64,000 bases of DNA from contig OZ024743.1 of assembly GCA_964016885.1 (NCBI GenBank), forward strand, positions 124,558,001 through 124,622,000, given 5' to 3'. The notes under the pieces were generated by a model, which saw only the letters and a list, made by a program, of their open reading frames with translations, was not told where the DNA came from and did not search any database. Shown here in pieces: positions 1-12,562 of this stretch (the stretch's first letter is position 1; each line of letters opens with the position of its first letter). Source of the stretch: Eledone cirrhosa (taxonomy: Eukaryota). Made by a program: the position numbers and the translations under genes.

Positions 1-129
1 GAAGTGTTTGCTAGCTTCTAACTCAACATTTCTTAATTTCTTTAAAAAAAAAAAAAAAAAAAAGATAAAAATAGGCGTTGGGGGACACGCCGTGAATGTT
101 CACCCATAGCCGACTCTGAGGGGGAGGGT

Positions 130-260
130 ATTTTATTTATCGATCCCATAGACGATGAAATACACAACTGACCGCGGTGGGATTTGAACTTAGAAAGCAA
201 AGAGAAAGAAAAAATGCTTTATCCGACGCTTTAACGATTATACCATCCAATCACCTTACC
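130..260 (-). mobile_element. Degenerate SINE (family with the 'ctttcatcct...gtcgataaaataaagtaccag' core)
   Basis: Reverse-complement similarity to the SINE copy at 3152-3339 (attttatttatcgatccc...ggatttgaact). Confidence 0.65.
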
Positions 261-469
261 TGTTAAGTTTAGGGGCCAATTTAATCAACGGTGCTCCTTT
301 ACTAAAATATGTGATTTTATTTCAAACGTAAGAAATTTTTGATATTTGAAACTATTTGAATTGTGTTGAACATATGGAGACAGCAGTAATTGTTTTTTAA
401 TGTTCCTACTTTTCTATGATAGAAGGCACAATGACCCAGCTCAATCAAACTCAATCATTAGGAAATATG

Positions 470-700
470 GAAGGACGCAGCATAGCTGAATAGTTCAGTA
501 GTTTGTTTCACAATTCTAAAGTTCTGGGTTTGATCCCGCCGCCTATAATCTCGAGCAAGTGTCTTTTACTTGAGCTTCGGATTGAGCCTTGTGAGAAAAT
601 TTGGGTAGACGGAAGCTATGCGGAAGCCCGTTGGATAGACTTTACATGCAATTCAAAGAGCCAGACATTTTTACCACACTGTGTTGCTATGTTAAGGTTT
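470..700 (+). mobile_element. Degenerate tRNA-derived SINE (second family)
   Basis: tRNA-like head (tagctgaatagtt...gggtttgatcccg) followed by gagcaagtgtctt; resembles 49262-49380. Confidence 0.45.
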
Positions 701-3700
701 ATTTAGTTCGGGTTTTTATATTCTAATGTAGAAGGTGTTATGTGTGTGTGTATGTGTCTGTTTGGATGGTTAGCATGTTATGGTGTTGACATAATGTATA
801 TTAAACCATATTTAATGCTGGTCTATATTTTTGAATAAACATATTTTCCTTATTTATTCATATTTGTTCTGTTGTATTGTCAGCGCAAAGGTAAAATGGG
901 AAACTTGGAATTTGGGTGTCTTATTACTTGCGCATATGTCTAGATGTGCACTTAGTTGTATCTGTCTCGTGGTTGGATCTCGTAATTGTTGGTGATGAAC
1001 TGTCATTCTGTTTCTGAGTGTGAGTTTAGTTTGTCCTATATAATCTTCATTGCATCCTTTACATTTAATGGCATAAATCAGATTTTTTTGATGAGCAAGT
1101 GAAGTGATTTTTTACAGCAAAATTTTGTCCTGATTGAATGTATACGTGTTGCATTCAATGAGGTGAGTGCAGGTTCCACAATTAGAGCGACCACATTTTT
1201 TGACAGTTGGTTGTGGGTTTGTGGTAGGTAATTTGGCATTGGTGAGTAATGTTTTCAGTGATTTCGGTTGTCTTTTGCTTTTGATTATTTTGTGTGTTTC
1301 AAGGGCTTTTTTAATTCTTGGGTCTTGTTTCAATAGTGGGATGTTCTTGTGAATAGTGTTGTAAGCTTCCGCATTTCTTGGGTTGTGTGTTGAGATATAT
1401 GATAGAATATTGGACGTACCTTGAATTTATTTCGTAATTCATCAATGCCTATTGCTTTAGCCCTTTCTATTCCGTTATTTATTAGTAATGGTGGGTACTG
1501 TCTTTCGAGTAGAATTTCCTTTAATTCTTTCGCGTTTCATAATTGGAGATAATTGTGCAAATTCTTCTTGCTAGGTTAAAAGGAATGTTCGTCTTCGTGT
1601 GCTTTGGATGGCTGGAGGTGAATAGCAGGTATTGTTTGGAATCTATTGGTTTGTAGTGTATGTCAGTTTCAATATTTGTGTCTTTTTTTAAGATTAATAT
1701 GTCCAGAAATAGGAGTTGATTTTGAATGTATTCCATTGTGAATTGGATGTGGTTATTGATGCCGTTAATTACATTTTTGAAATTACATTAATTACATTTT
1801 TGAAATCATTCAGTTGGTCGAGTGTGTGGGACCAAAGAATGAGACAATCATCCAAGTAGCGTTTCCAATTCTCTGATAAATATTTGTGGAAGTTCAATCC
1901 GTATTTTGATTTGAACTGTTCATATATCTGGACTTCTAAGTATGCTATGACTAAGTTGGCATAAGTTGGAGCGGCTTTTGTATCCATCGCAGACCCCGAT
2001 ATTTGCTTGTAAGTACTGCCATCGAAATCCGAAAAGTTGTTCTGTAAGATAAATTTTAATCCCTCGGTGTTGAAGCTTTTTTCTATTCTGCCAGGTATCT
2101 CTTTGGGATATTTCTCTAGCCAGAATCCTATTGCTTCTAGTCCGTATTGGTGTGGGATCGTTGTGTAGAGATTCACTACATCGAAAGACACAATAATAGT
2201 GTCGTTGTTGACATGTTTGGGGAGGTGGTTTAAGAGGTCCAGATCGTTTCTTACAAGGCTTGGTATGTGTTAGAGAATTGGTTTTAGTAGTATGTCTATA
2301 AAGTTGCCCAGTCTGTGTGTTTCACATTGTGGGCCCGCTACAATTGATCTTAATTTAAGGTCTGTGGGGTATTGTGTGTTCACGCAGGCTGAGGTAGATT
2401 GTTTACAGGCATCGTTAATTATTTTACACTTGTGGATCTTCGGAAGTCCGTAAAGGTTGCTGGTTTTGTATTCAAAATGTGTTAAATAATCGCGTTCCTT
2501 TTTAGTTAAGTCTTCCTGGTAACGACAAATCAGTGTGTTTAATCTGGTCATTGTTTTTGATTGCTGGTAGTTTTTTACTCTTTCATAGTAATTAGTATTT
2601 TGTAAGAGAGACAACATAGAATTTTTATATTTTTCAGCATCCATAATGACAACAGTACTTCCCTTGTCCGCTTCCTTAATTATAATGTCCGTATTGTTTT
2701 TTTAGTTCATGGATAATCTCCCATTCCCTTCGACTCGTGTTGGGTTTGGGTTTAGGTTGCGGTAGTTCATGGTATGGGAAAGTAGCTATGTGGTCACAAA
2801 ATTTGTCCAGAACTCTGTTTCTACCTTTTGTTGGGTTATAGCTGCTTTTATTCCGTACAATTGATTGGTCGTTATTCTCCTTGTCAAAAAATTCCTCTGT
2901 GAGACGTAATTTTCTACAGAAGTGTGAGATATCGTCATTTATCTCATTCAGGTTAGAGTATTGTGGTGTTGGTGTGAATTTCAGTCCTTTGGAGAGAATT
3001 TTAACTTGTTGGGCTGAGAGGTTTGTATATGAAAGATTGATTATTTTCGGTTTTTCAAAATCGGTTTGTGCCACCGGGTGTCGTGGGTCCTGGCCTTGGT
3101 CTAAAAAATGCTTTTTCTGGAATGTTTTTTCAATGGTATTATTATATCTAAGGGCGGTGGATTGGCAGTATCGGTAGAGAGTCGGACACCATGCTTTGAA
3201 GCATAGAGTTACGTCCCTTTATGATCTGAGCTCAAATCCCGCCGAGGTTAACTTTGCCTTTCATCCTTACGGGGTCGATAAAATAAAGTACCAGTAATGT
3301 ACTGGGTAATTGCTGAGCTTGTGCCAAAAAGTAGAAACAATTATTATATCTAATGGCATTTCCCCTGTTGTTGTGTGGTCTTGTATAGAAGTTTCGGACG
3401 TATTGAGGTTCGGTTTGTTGATAGTCCGGGTTGTAGATTTTGTTCCTTTGTGTGGGTTGGGATCTACGATTTTGGAACAGGTTCTGTGTGGGCAGGGGTC
3501 TACGGTTTTGGAATAGGTTTTGTGTGGGTTGTGATCTGCGGATCGAGTCCTGTCTTGTGCTGGGGGATCTTCGGTTTTTGTTAGTAGGGTTATAGTTTTG
3601 TCTATGGGTTCTGGGATTATCGTCCTTTTTTTGCTGGGGGTATGTTGGACGTTTTGTTACTTTTTTTTGTTATTTGTTGTGCATGTGGTGTGTGAGTTTT

Positions 3701-4543
3701 AGTTTGTTTTAAAAATGGGTTACCTGTATGTTGTTCATTTTTGAAATCCATTTCGTAGTTGTTGAACCAGGTGGCGTTTTTTTCCCCATCGCTGGAGGGA
3801 TGTTAGTTCTTCATCCTCACAATTTTCTTTCCAAAGTTTTAAGGTTTTTTCATAGAGTAGGCCTTCAGAGTGCCTTGAGATTTCTGTGTCCATCTGTTGG
3901 TCGAGTGACTTGAATTTTTCTTCGTTGGAGTTGACTCTTAATCGCAACAGTTCTATTTCTATTTTAAATTTTTCTAACGCCATCTTTTCCCTAAGTCTTT
4001 GTTGGTTTTCTGGTTCAATCGGGATGGGTTTTATTTTGAGTTTTTTTGGGAGGATGATTGGGGTAGAGTTTAGCCACTTTTCATATATGTCTGCCTTGCC
4101 ATTATTTTTTAGGAGATTCCAAAAGGCGAATTTGCGGGCTGTGAGCTTTTGAGTCCATATATTGATTAGGGTGTTTTTCACTGAGTGGACATCTCGTAGA
4201 TTGGGTTCTAATGGTTGTTCCAGCTTTTGGAGCATTACTGTTTCAATGGGTTTGGAGCATTGCTGTTTTCAATGGTTTTGGAGTATTGCTGTTTCAATGG
4301 TTTCGAGCCATTTTTTTACATATAAAACAAGTAACATTCAAAGACAAAACCAGATGTGAGAAAAACCACAGACCCTCCATCACAATTCTACTTTTGAAAA
4401 GCAGAAGAACTGCGAACCAAATAAATATATATATTAAAAAAAAAATAAGACTCCAGTTGCATTTTCGATTTCATCTTTTTTTCTTTATACTTTCACTCGT
4501 GTAGGAGACCTTGGTTATTTTTCATTTTGTAAAACAACCTCAC

Positions 4544-4545
<2 letters not shown>
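700..4545 (-). mobile_element. Near full-length, frameshifted Penelope-like retroelement (Neptune-like): N-terminal region, RT, GIY-YIG
   Basis: Collinear minus-strand ORFs: 3735-4235; 2676-3074 (LSKGLKFTPTP); 2270-2644 (YGLPKIHK); 1769-2191 (FDVVNLYT, QISGSAM, YLDD); 1521-1736; 1112-1333 (CGRSNCGTC linker). GIY-YIG 'CKGCNEDYIGQTK' at about 1030-1065. The 5' end abuts (TA)n. Confidence 0.93.
3152..3339 (+). mobile_element. SINE inserted into the PLE, with 14-bp TSD
   Basis: TSD attattatatctaa at 3138-3151 and 3340-3353; B-box-like gagctcaaatcc; multi-copy in this window. Confidence 0.9.
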
Positions 4546-4547
<2 letters not shown>

Positions 4548-4627
<80 letters not shown>

Positions 4628-4631
4628 TATG

Positions 4632-4661
<30 letters not shown>
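4548..4661. repeat. (TA)n microsatellite
   Basis: Seen directly; one of many (TA)n tracts flanking PLE ends. Confidence 0.98.
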
Positions 4662-4662
<1 letters not shown>

Positions 4663-5023
4663 TTACTTGAAGCATTGCGTAATGAGGTATAAACGTTTGG
4701 AGTTGGAAGGCCAAAACAATGCAGGTACGGTTATAGAATATAAATACAAATGCAAAAGATATTGTTGACAATTAGTCTTTTACCTTAAATTTATTTGAAT
4801 ATCCTTAATTTTCGAGATAATATCTCTTCTTCGGAGGGTAGTAAAGGGGTTAATCCAGTGTTCTAATTTGTTTGCCAAGTCATGCTGACAGGAAATGGTA
4901 TAGAGATTCCATTGTATCTCTAATGTCAAAGAGTGAAGGTTAGGTGGGTAAAGAGTTGTCTCCCTTTAAAAGGGGTTTTGTACATGTATGTTTAAGTGTG
5001 TGGGAGAATACGTGAAGGCGTAA

Positions 5024-5072
<49 letters not shown>

Positions 5073-5610
5073 AGGATATGTCTATATGTAAATGTGGGGG
5101 CTAGATGCTCTATCATGTTGAAACTGGTCTTTGTGTGTGTATGTGTGTGTGTGAGAGAGAATAAGTGGAGGTGTAAGCGTGTGTGTGTGTGTCTGTGTGT
5201 GCGTGTGTGTCTGCGTGTTCGTGTGTGTGTGAGAGAGGAGGGTGTAAGTGTGGGGCTAGGTGCTCTATCATGTTAAAAATTAGGTGTTGAGTTCTAGTCT
5301 ATAATTGATTGGTGGATGTGTTTTGTCTATAATCAGTGCTTCCTTAATTCTAAGATTGCCGACATTTCTTTCCTTAGCTTCTATCATAACTGTTATGTTT
5401 TTGTCGGTGTTTTTGCATTTCACTAGCTGTTTCTTAAATGAGGAAGCGTTAGTATTGAGGTGTTCTTTTATTCTTATGTGAAGTGGTCTGGTGGTGCTAC
5501 CTATGTAGAAATTGCTGCATTTATCGCACTCTAATCTGTATACGACGTAAGCCTGGCAGCATATGTCTGTGTCGTTGATGGGGCAGTTGGCTAGCCTGCA
5601 GTGGCTGTCA
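4662..5610 (-). mobile_element. 3' fragment of a second PLE family: GIY-YIG plus 3' pseudo-LTR
   Basis: Manual minus-strand translation of 5280-5610 gives VVYRLECDKCSNFYIGSTTRPLHIRIKEH...LRIKEALII. Confidence 0.8.
4803..4837 (-). ncRNA. Minimal hammerhead-like motif (CCGAAGA core)
   Basis: Minus strand reads cct-CCGAAGA-a-gagat/att/atctc-GAAA-at-TA-agg; sense to the adjacent PLE; stems are short. Confidence 0.45.
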
Positions 5611-7534
5611 AAAATTAAAAATGTGTTGAAGTGGTAGAATACTAATCCAAAAATTTAAAATATATAACCAAATCATGAGTTATAATATTATATAGATAAT
5701 CCTTATAATTGGATTTTATGAAGAATTAAGGTTGTAAGTACACTTAAGCTTCAACAGGTCATTTATAAATATATTTATATAAATGAATAAAAATATAAAT
5801 ATTATTGGTGATTATATATGTTGTTATTTTAAATAGATAAATAATTCAAATATTATTTCATAATTTAAGGGTTACGAAAGATATTGTGTTTACATTTTCA
5901 ATATATAGTTAAGAAAAAGACGTAGTTCAAATTTTATTAGAGAAGAACTTTTTGTACTTTCAAATAGTTCCATCAAGATAGAAAACATTCACCGAAAATT
6001 ATTAAGTTAACGAAATTATAGAGAATTTATTATTTATGTTGTTAAGAAGAGAGGATGTTTATGCGTGCTTCATTTTAAAGGAAAAGATAACTCCAATGTT
6101 TCTTAGTTACACTATTTGCGTTAGATTTGTCATTTATATTAGAATTTACTTTAAAAAAAGTGGAATGTATGTAGAGAAAATTTTATATATTATTTTGTGT
6201 AATATTTTATATTACATGTTTTCAAAGATGAGAATTTCTTTTATATATATATTTAGATATTATCTATATATTCAAATAGTAAGAAAATATTATTACAGAC
6301 ATCATGAGTGTATTTAGAAACTATCACAAAAAGAATATATTTCAAATTATCAATTAAAAAATATATCAATATTAAAAAAACATTAAGAAGAATATCAATT
6401 GGAAAAGAATATCATTTGTAAAAATAATTTGCAAAAATATTACATAAAAAGAAAAATATCATTTAAAAATCACCACTAAACATCAACAGAAGCATAGTGA
6501 AGACATATAAAATGTGAACAAGTGAAATATATACTATAGATTAAAAATACTTCGGAAAGTCATTTTTTGGCGATGCCTGCAGGAACTGAATATTTCTTTC
6601 TTTAAGTTCATAGAGTTTTGGCAGGTAAGTATATAAAAAATTTCTTCAATACACAAATGACAGATTCTTGAGAGAGCCATATTTTGGTATGCGGGTGCTT
6701 TCGAAATCGTTCCCCAAGAGATTGAATAACCAATAATATTGTCTTTTAAGTACCAAATTGATGTGAAAGTGATATAGAACATTTTTTATCGGACCTATTA
6801 AAAGTATGTTTATGATTATACCAGCGTTCTTTAAATTTTGTAGAAGTGGCTCCTATATAGTTATATATTTTATCTCTAGTTTTTACTGTGCATTTGTATA
6901 CTAAGTTTTTATCTACGCAATTGTTCTGTAAAGGGCAATTTGATTCCTTTTCTACAGTTACATTTTCGAGAGTTAATGTTACTAGGAACGGTACTATTAT
7001 TATTAGTATTAATAGTGTTGTTAGTAATATTAATATTGTTACCTTGGTTTAATTGGTTTAGGTTTAAATTTAAGTTTCTATTATTAATTATATTTATATT
7101 TTGTGTTAAGTTCATAATAGTAGAGTAAGATAGTTTTATAGTATGTCTGTCAAAAATAGAATGGTATCTATGGGATTTTGGAAAGCATTTATCTAATGCT
7201 TTGAAAAATAGTTTTGCTACAGGTGTTTTAACCCTTAATGAGAATGGGGGAGAGTACCAAATAATATTTCTAGTTCTAGTTCTTTTGCTTGATTTACTAT
7301 TTAAGTTAAAATTTTTATTATTATTATTACAGTGAATTTTAGGAAGATTTTGCATGTTACTGTTATCTAAGTATTTAATTTTATTCATGTAGCCAGCTCT
7401 ATGTAAAGCATCATTGTAATATTCTGCCTTATTATCAAAAATATTTTTATTAGCTGAAATGCGTGAAATTCTTTGCTGGACACTATTGACAATAGTATTT
7501 TTTATATTCCTAGGATGGTTAGAATTGAAGCTTA

Positions 7535-7665
7535 ACGTCCCTTTACGCTCTGAGTTCAAATCCTGCCGAGGTTAACTTTGCCTTTCATCCTTACGAGGTC
7601 GATAAAATAAAGTGCCAGTAATACACTGGGTAATTGCTGGCCTTGTGCCAAAAGTAGAAACAATT
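7535..7665 (+). mobile_element. 5'-truncated SINE inside the PLE
   Basis: Matches the 3' two-thirds of 3152-3339. Confidence 0.85.
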
Positions 7666-8213
7666 AATTTTATGGAAAGGATAATATAGACCTGAGCTAA
7701 AGTTTAAAGTTACATCTAAGAAGTTAACAGTTTTATTATTATTTTCAATTTCTAATTTAAGGTTGTAGTTATTGAAAAATTCTGATAGATTTCTTTTTCC
7801 TATTAAGTTCACTATTGCTATGGTTTTCGATTAAAAGTAACATATCGTCGCGATATAAACCTTCGGTCATCTCTGGCATTTTTCTATTATAAGGATTATC
7901 TATATAATACTATAACTCATAATGTGGTTATATATTTTAAATTTTTGGATTAGTATTCTACCACTTCAACACATTTTTAATTTTTTAATTTACTTTCTTC
8001 TTTCTTCTTCCTTTATAAATTATCCTAATAATTATTTAAATTTACCTAGCGTCAAAATATAATGACTTTTTCAGTCTACGCTTCTACTACATTTACATAT
8101 CCATCCTAAAGATTTGAAATTTTTTTTTTCCTGTTCCTTTCACTATCCAAACGGAACCTGAACCGATAAGGTCTGGTTTCTGGGGTATGTCACTAGTTAT
8201 AAAACAAATTTTG

Positions 8214-8275
8214 TATTTTATCTGATGAGGGCGTACCAAAGTTTTTGGTACCCTTGAAATATATATAATAAAATA
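8214..8275 (+). ncRNA. Type I hammerhead ribozyme, canonical core
   Basis: Stem I tattttat (8214-8221)/ataaaata (8268-8275); CTGATGA 8222-8228; long stem II gtaccaaa/tttggtac; GAAA 8256-8259; palindromic mini stem III; AUA cleavage triplet 8265-8267. Confidence 0.85.
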
Positions 8276-8561
8276 AATATGGTTTTATAAATATAGTTTC
8301 CATTTATTAATATCATTGATATTATGCTCCAGGTAACCAGTTGAGTGCTTCGAATCTGTTATAAATAAATTTGTTGAATTACCAACAAATTAAATATCTC
8401 TTTGCGTATGTATGTATGTATGTATGTATGTATGTATGTATGTATATGTATGCATTGGAATTTCGTATTTCAAAAGAAATACGGTATGTTTATAAATAAA
8501 CATTTAGAAAGCCGTAGCTATGCGAAAACACCGGCGGTGTCCAGCAAAAGCAAGGTGGACA

Positions 8562-8605
8562 ATCGTCGATGCATTTCAAACTGAACTGATTCTCATCAAG
8601 ACGAT
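8562..8605 (-). ncRNA. Degenerate type I hammerhead motif
   Basis: Minus strand reads atcgtc-TTGATGA-gaa...ttt-GAAA-tgca-TC-gacgat; 6-bp stem I, weak stem II, C3U core. Confidence 0.55.
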
Positions 8606-8643
8606 CCCTCCAGCAACTGCTGGACTTGCAAACAGGCGAGAAC

Positions 8644-8841
8644 ATATAGTTTTCTCGTCTGTGTCAATGAGGTGATTAATCTCATTTGCATATGAAGCTG
8701 TATAAGTTAGCTCAACTTATAACAGAATAGAATTAGAATTTAGCTTTGAGCATAGCTGTATACAGATATGTATTGGAATTTCTAAAGAAATACAGCTTCA
8801 TATGCAAACGAGATTAATCACCTCATTTACACAGACGAGAA

Positions 8842-8849
<8 letters not shown>
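8644..8849. repeat. 60-bp inverted repeat with an 86-bp spacer
   Basis: 8644-8703 versus the reverse complement of 8790-8849 shows 2 mismatches. Confidence 0.9.
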
Positions 8850-8882
<33 letters not shown>

Positions 8883-9021
8883 TATATAGATATATCACGC
8901 TATCTAACGTATGTTATTACTCTAAGGTGATACAGACTTATCGAATGCTTTGCTGCACATTCCTAATTGTATATCGTTAGCTTGGCCTCAGCCAAAATTT
9001 CGATTTTACTAAACTTCCATT

Positions 9022-9094
<73 letters not shown>

Positions 9095-9199
9095 GTAATC
9101 TGAGATTTTCGAATATTAATAATAACATTCGATTCGTTTGCAATTATGCAAACAAGCCTCAATTATATAGCCATGTCAGTAGAATGAACACTTCATTCT

Positions 9200-9844
9200 T
9201 GCTCTTATGTTGGCATGCGAACATGAAAAAAGAAACTCGTACATCGGGATGACTTCTAACAGTTTTAAGACTCGCTGGTACGCCCACACACATTCGTTCC
9301 GGCGCCCAGACAAATCTAACCAAACTACACTCGCCGCCCACATCTGGCACCTTAAAAGGAACTCCATCCCCTTCAAGACCCAATGGAGACTACTCCAGAG
9401 AGCGCAATCCTACACGGGAGGCCATAATTGCTGTGACCTCTGTATCTCCGAGAGCTATGAGATTCTATTCGCCAAAGGCCCTCTCCTCAACAAGATCTCG
9501 GAACACTCCCCTAATTGCATGCACAAGAACTATGCAAATTACAAAAACTACAGACCCCCCCGGCCCCCCGACTGACCCCCCCCCCATATCACCACCCCAC
9601 CCCCGTCTCCCATCCCACTTCCGTCCCTCCATCTCTCATTATTACCTTCTTTCCTCCCCTCTATCTCTCATTATTACCTTCTTTCCTCCCCTCCAGGTCT
9701 TATATATTGTGTTGTATGCCTCTGAGTAAAGTTCCGTGGCCGCACACACAAATTCACGTATATACCTGCTCATGTTTGCATACGTGCAGTTATGAACTGC
9801 TGCACGCACACGTTCGAGATTTATTTATCTATTTATTTGTATAT

Positions 9845-9883
<39 letters not shown>

Positions 9884-9913
9884 GTTACTTTATTTATTTA
9901 TTTATTTATCTAT

Positions 9914-9948
<35 letters not shown>

Positions 9949-10654
9949 CTTGTTTATTTGTTTATCTGTTTGTTTGTTTGTTTGTTAGTTAACTCATTCA
10001 TTTATTTATTAATTAATGAGTGAATGATTATGTAATGAATAGATAAAAGATAAAAGATAGGTAACGAATAGTGAATAGTAAATAATAAATAGTAATTAAT
10101 TACTTGATGATAATATTAATAACTTAGTAGTGATATTAATTATTTTAATCCTCTATCAGGCCCAGTTTCAAATTTGTCCCACTACCTTTTCCCATTATAT
10201 TATAAACACATGTATGTGTGCGAACGAGTGCGTGTTTGTGCATATGTGTTTATGTGTACTTATTTGTATGTATGTATGTGTATGTATGCGTGTGTGCTTG
10301 TATATGTGTATGTGTATATATATATATATGTATGTATATATATATATATATGTGTATATATTTGTATGTGTGTGTATGTGTGTATATGTATATATGTATA
10401 TATGTATATATATATGTGTGTATGTATGTGTTTGTGTGTGTGTGTATGTATGTGTATGTATGTATGTGTGTGCATATGTATGTATATGTATGTATAGTAT
10501 AGTTTATACCGAGAGACATACATACATGTATGTGTGTATATATATATGTGTGTATACGCACGTGTGTATGTGTAGATATATATATATGTGTGTGTATGTG
10601 TATGTGTGTGTGTGTGTATATTTGTGTGTTTGTGTTTTTTCTTGTGTGTATATA

Positions 10655-10706
<52 letters not shown>

Positions 10707-10866
10707 TAGTATATTTACCAACATATGCGTACAGATGTACACTAATGCTAGCAAATACATAAGTTATGTCATAGTACCTAGGTGGTTCTATGCAGGGGGA
10801 TGCAGAACAATTATATGAAAGACGTAAAATAAGAAAATTTTTTTCTTATTTTACGTCTTTCATATA
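9200..10866 (+). mobile_element. PLE 3' fragment: GIY-YIG endonuclease plus microsatellite-rich 3' region
   Basis: ORF 9207-9575 (SYIGMTSNSFKTRWYAHTHSF...CDLCISE...LLNK...CMH). The right boundary is uncertain. Confidence 0.85.
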
Positions 10867-10879
10867 TATATATATATAA

Positions 10880-11881
10880 TTAATACAATAACAGAGATAG
10901 TTTAAAGCTAATCTCTGACTGGTAACCATCTCACTCAACAAACATTAGGTTATATTTTAATATAAACCCAATTTAAGTGTTTGGGGCGCTAACAATATGT
11001 ATTATGCGGAAAAGCCAGTTGTATTATTTTATGAGATATTATTAAAGTTAAAATATATCTCTCTTTCCAAACAATTGTTTCATTATAAGTTTTCTACAAA
11101 TTTGGAGAATATTTCCAGTTTATGTAGAAGCCTAATATACATTCATGTAAGAATATATTTAGGTGGGCACTTATAAATCATCAGTGGAAGCCCAATAAAC
11201 TTTGATATAAGAAAAACATTTCTTACCACAGTTAAAAATCGTGTCCGTTAAGTTGCTCCTTCCTGCATCGAATGACCGGCAAATTTGAAATTCCAGCAGT
11301 TTTTGACTGAGGAAGTATTATAGCGTCACTAAGCGGGAAGGGGAGACAACCACGATCCACGAAAGGAGGAAAAAAATAATATATACACGCGGGTTAATCA
11401 GTTTTTTCGAAAACATTATCAATCCAACGTGTTAAGAACTCAATTGAAATAAAAAAAATAAATATATGCGTGTATAAATTACACACGCATTTAGGTATTT
11501 TCTTAGGCTAAAAACAGAGGTTGTACCTGAATAAGAAACCGCATCTCGTAACCGTAGTAAATACGGAAAGTTATGCTTTAAAGGGCAAATGGGAATGTAA
11601 ATCTCCGGCCGAATTAAGAGTAAAATATAAAACACACGCGGGTTAATTAGTTATTTCAAAACTAATATCAATTCCTCGTGTAAAGAACTCAATTAATTTA
11701 AAAAAATAAATGTATGCATGTAATTATATACATAGGCATATATATATTTTCTTAGGCTAAAAAACAGAGAAGTTACAACCAATAAAAACCACAATATCGC
11801 ACAACAGTAATAAATACGGAAAGTCAAATTTATAAGGTACCTGGAAATAAACACCTCTGGCCAATCAAGAGTAAAATATTA

Positions 11882-11941
<60 letters not shown>

Positions 11942-12562
11942 ATAAGTATGCATATATATATGTGTGTGTAAGTGTTTATGTATGTGGTTGTGAGTATGTA
12001 AATATATTTTATTCTTTCCATTCTACAAAAACACTCTGGCCACCTGTGGCTTGTATGTTAATTGACCACTCACCTCAGTCTGTGCCATGATTCGGTCTTG
12101 TTTATCTTCTATTACCAACCCACCTAAAAATATTTCCCTACTATATATCTGTTGAATTACTATTCTTGGGTTTTTATTTATTTATTTATTTTTTTTATTT
12201 ATTTATTCATTTATCTATTTATTCATTTATTTATTTACTTATTTATTTATTTCAAAAAAGCACTCTGGCTAATTGACCACTCCCCAAAGAAAAAACGGCC
12301 TGTGCCATGTTGTGGTCCTGTGTATCTAAATACCATCCTACCCCCCCCCCCCCCCCCCCCCCAGCCACCACCCCTCCCTTACCACTACCTAAATGTATAA
12401 ATACCAGAACTTAATATGACACCCAACTTCCTGAAGATTTCATCTGAATGAAACAGTACTAGTCCTGTAGAAGCTCCTTCTATACAATAAAACATTTTTT
12501 ACTCTGCCATGTATTGAGTACCTTACTTACTGCGGTTATCCCCGACTCAACCCGGGACCTAC

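Larger units (their letters stand above)
5611..8400 (-). mobile_element. 5'-truncated PLE (YRDD type) with inverted 5' pseudo-LTR
   Basis: GLYRDD at about 7845-7862; ORFs 7591-7812 and 6909-7559 (IIWYSPPFS); GIY-YIG 'YIGATSTKFKERWYNHKHTF' at about 6800-6860; 6534-6782 (CHLCIEE). 7885-7985 is the reverse complement of 5611-5710. Confidence 0.9.

Noticed and set aside
3101-3110. U_UUU_UUA slippery heptamer on the minus strand of the PLE
   Set aside because: The zero frame (CAT TTT TTA) already continues into the RT ORF at 3074, so no -1 frameshift is needed.
10130-10818. Long ORFs rich in YI/CV/HT (also at 25203, 30825, 49011, 49949, 53142, 62655 and elsewhere)
   Set aside because: Translations of (TA)n, (TG)n, (TC)n and (TTA)n microsatellites that lack stop codons; not genes.
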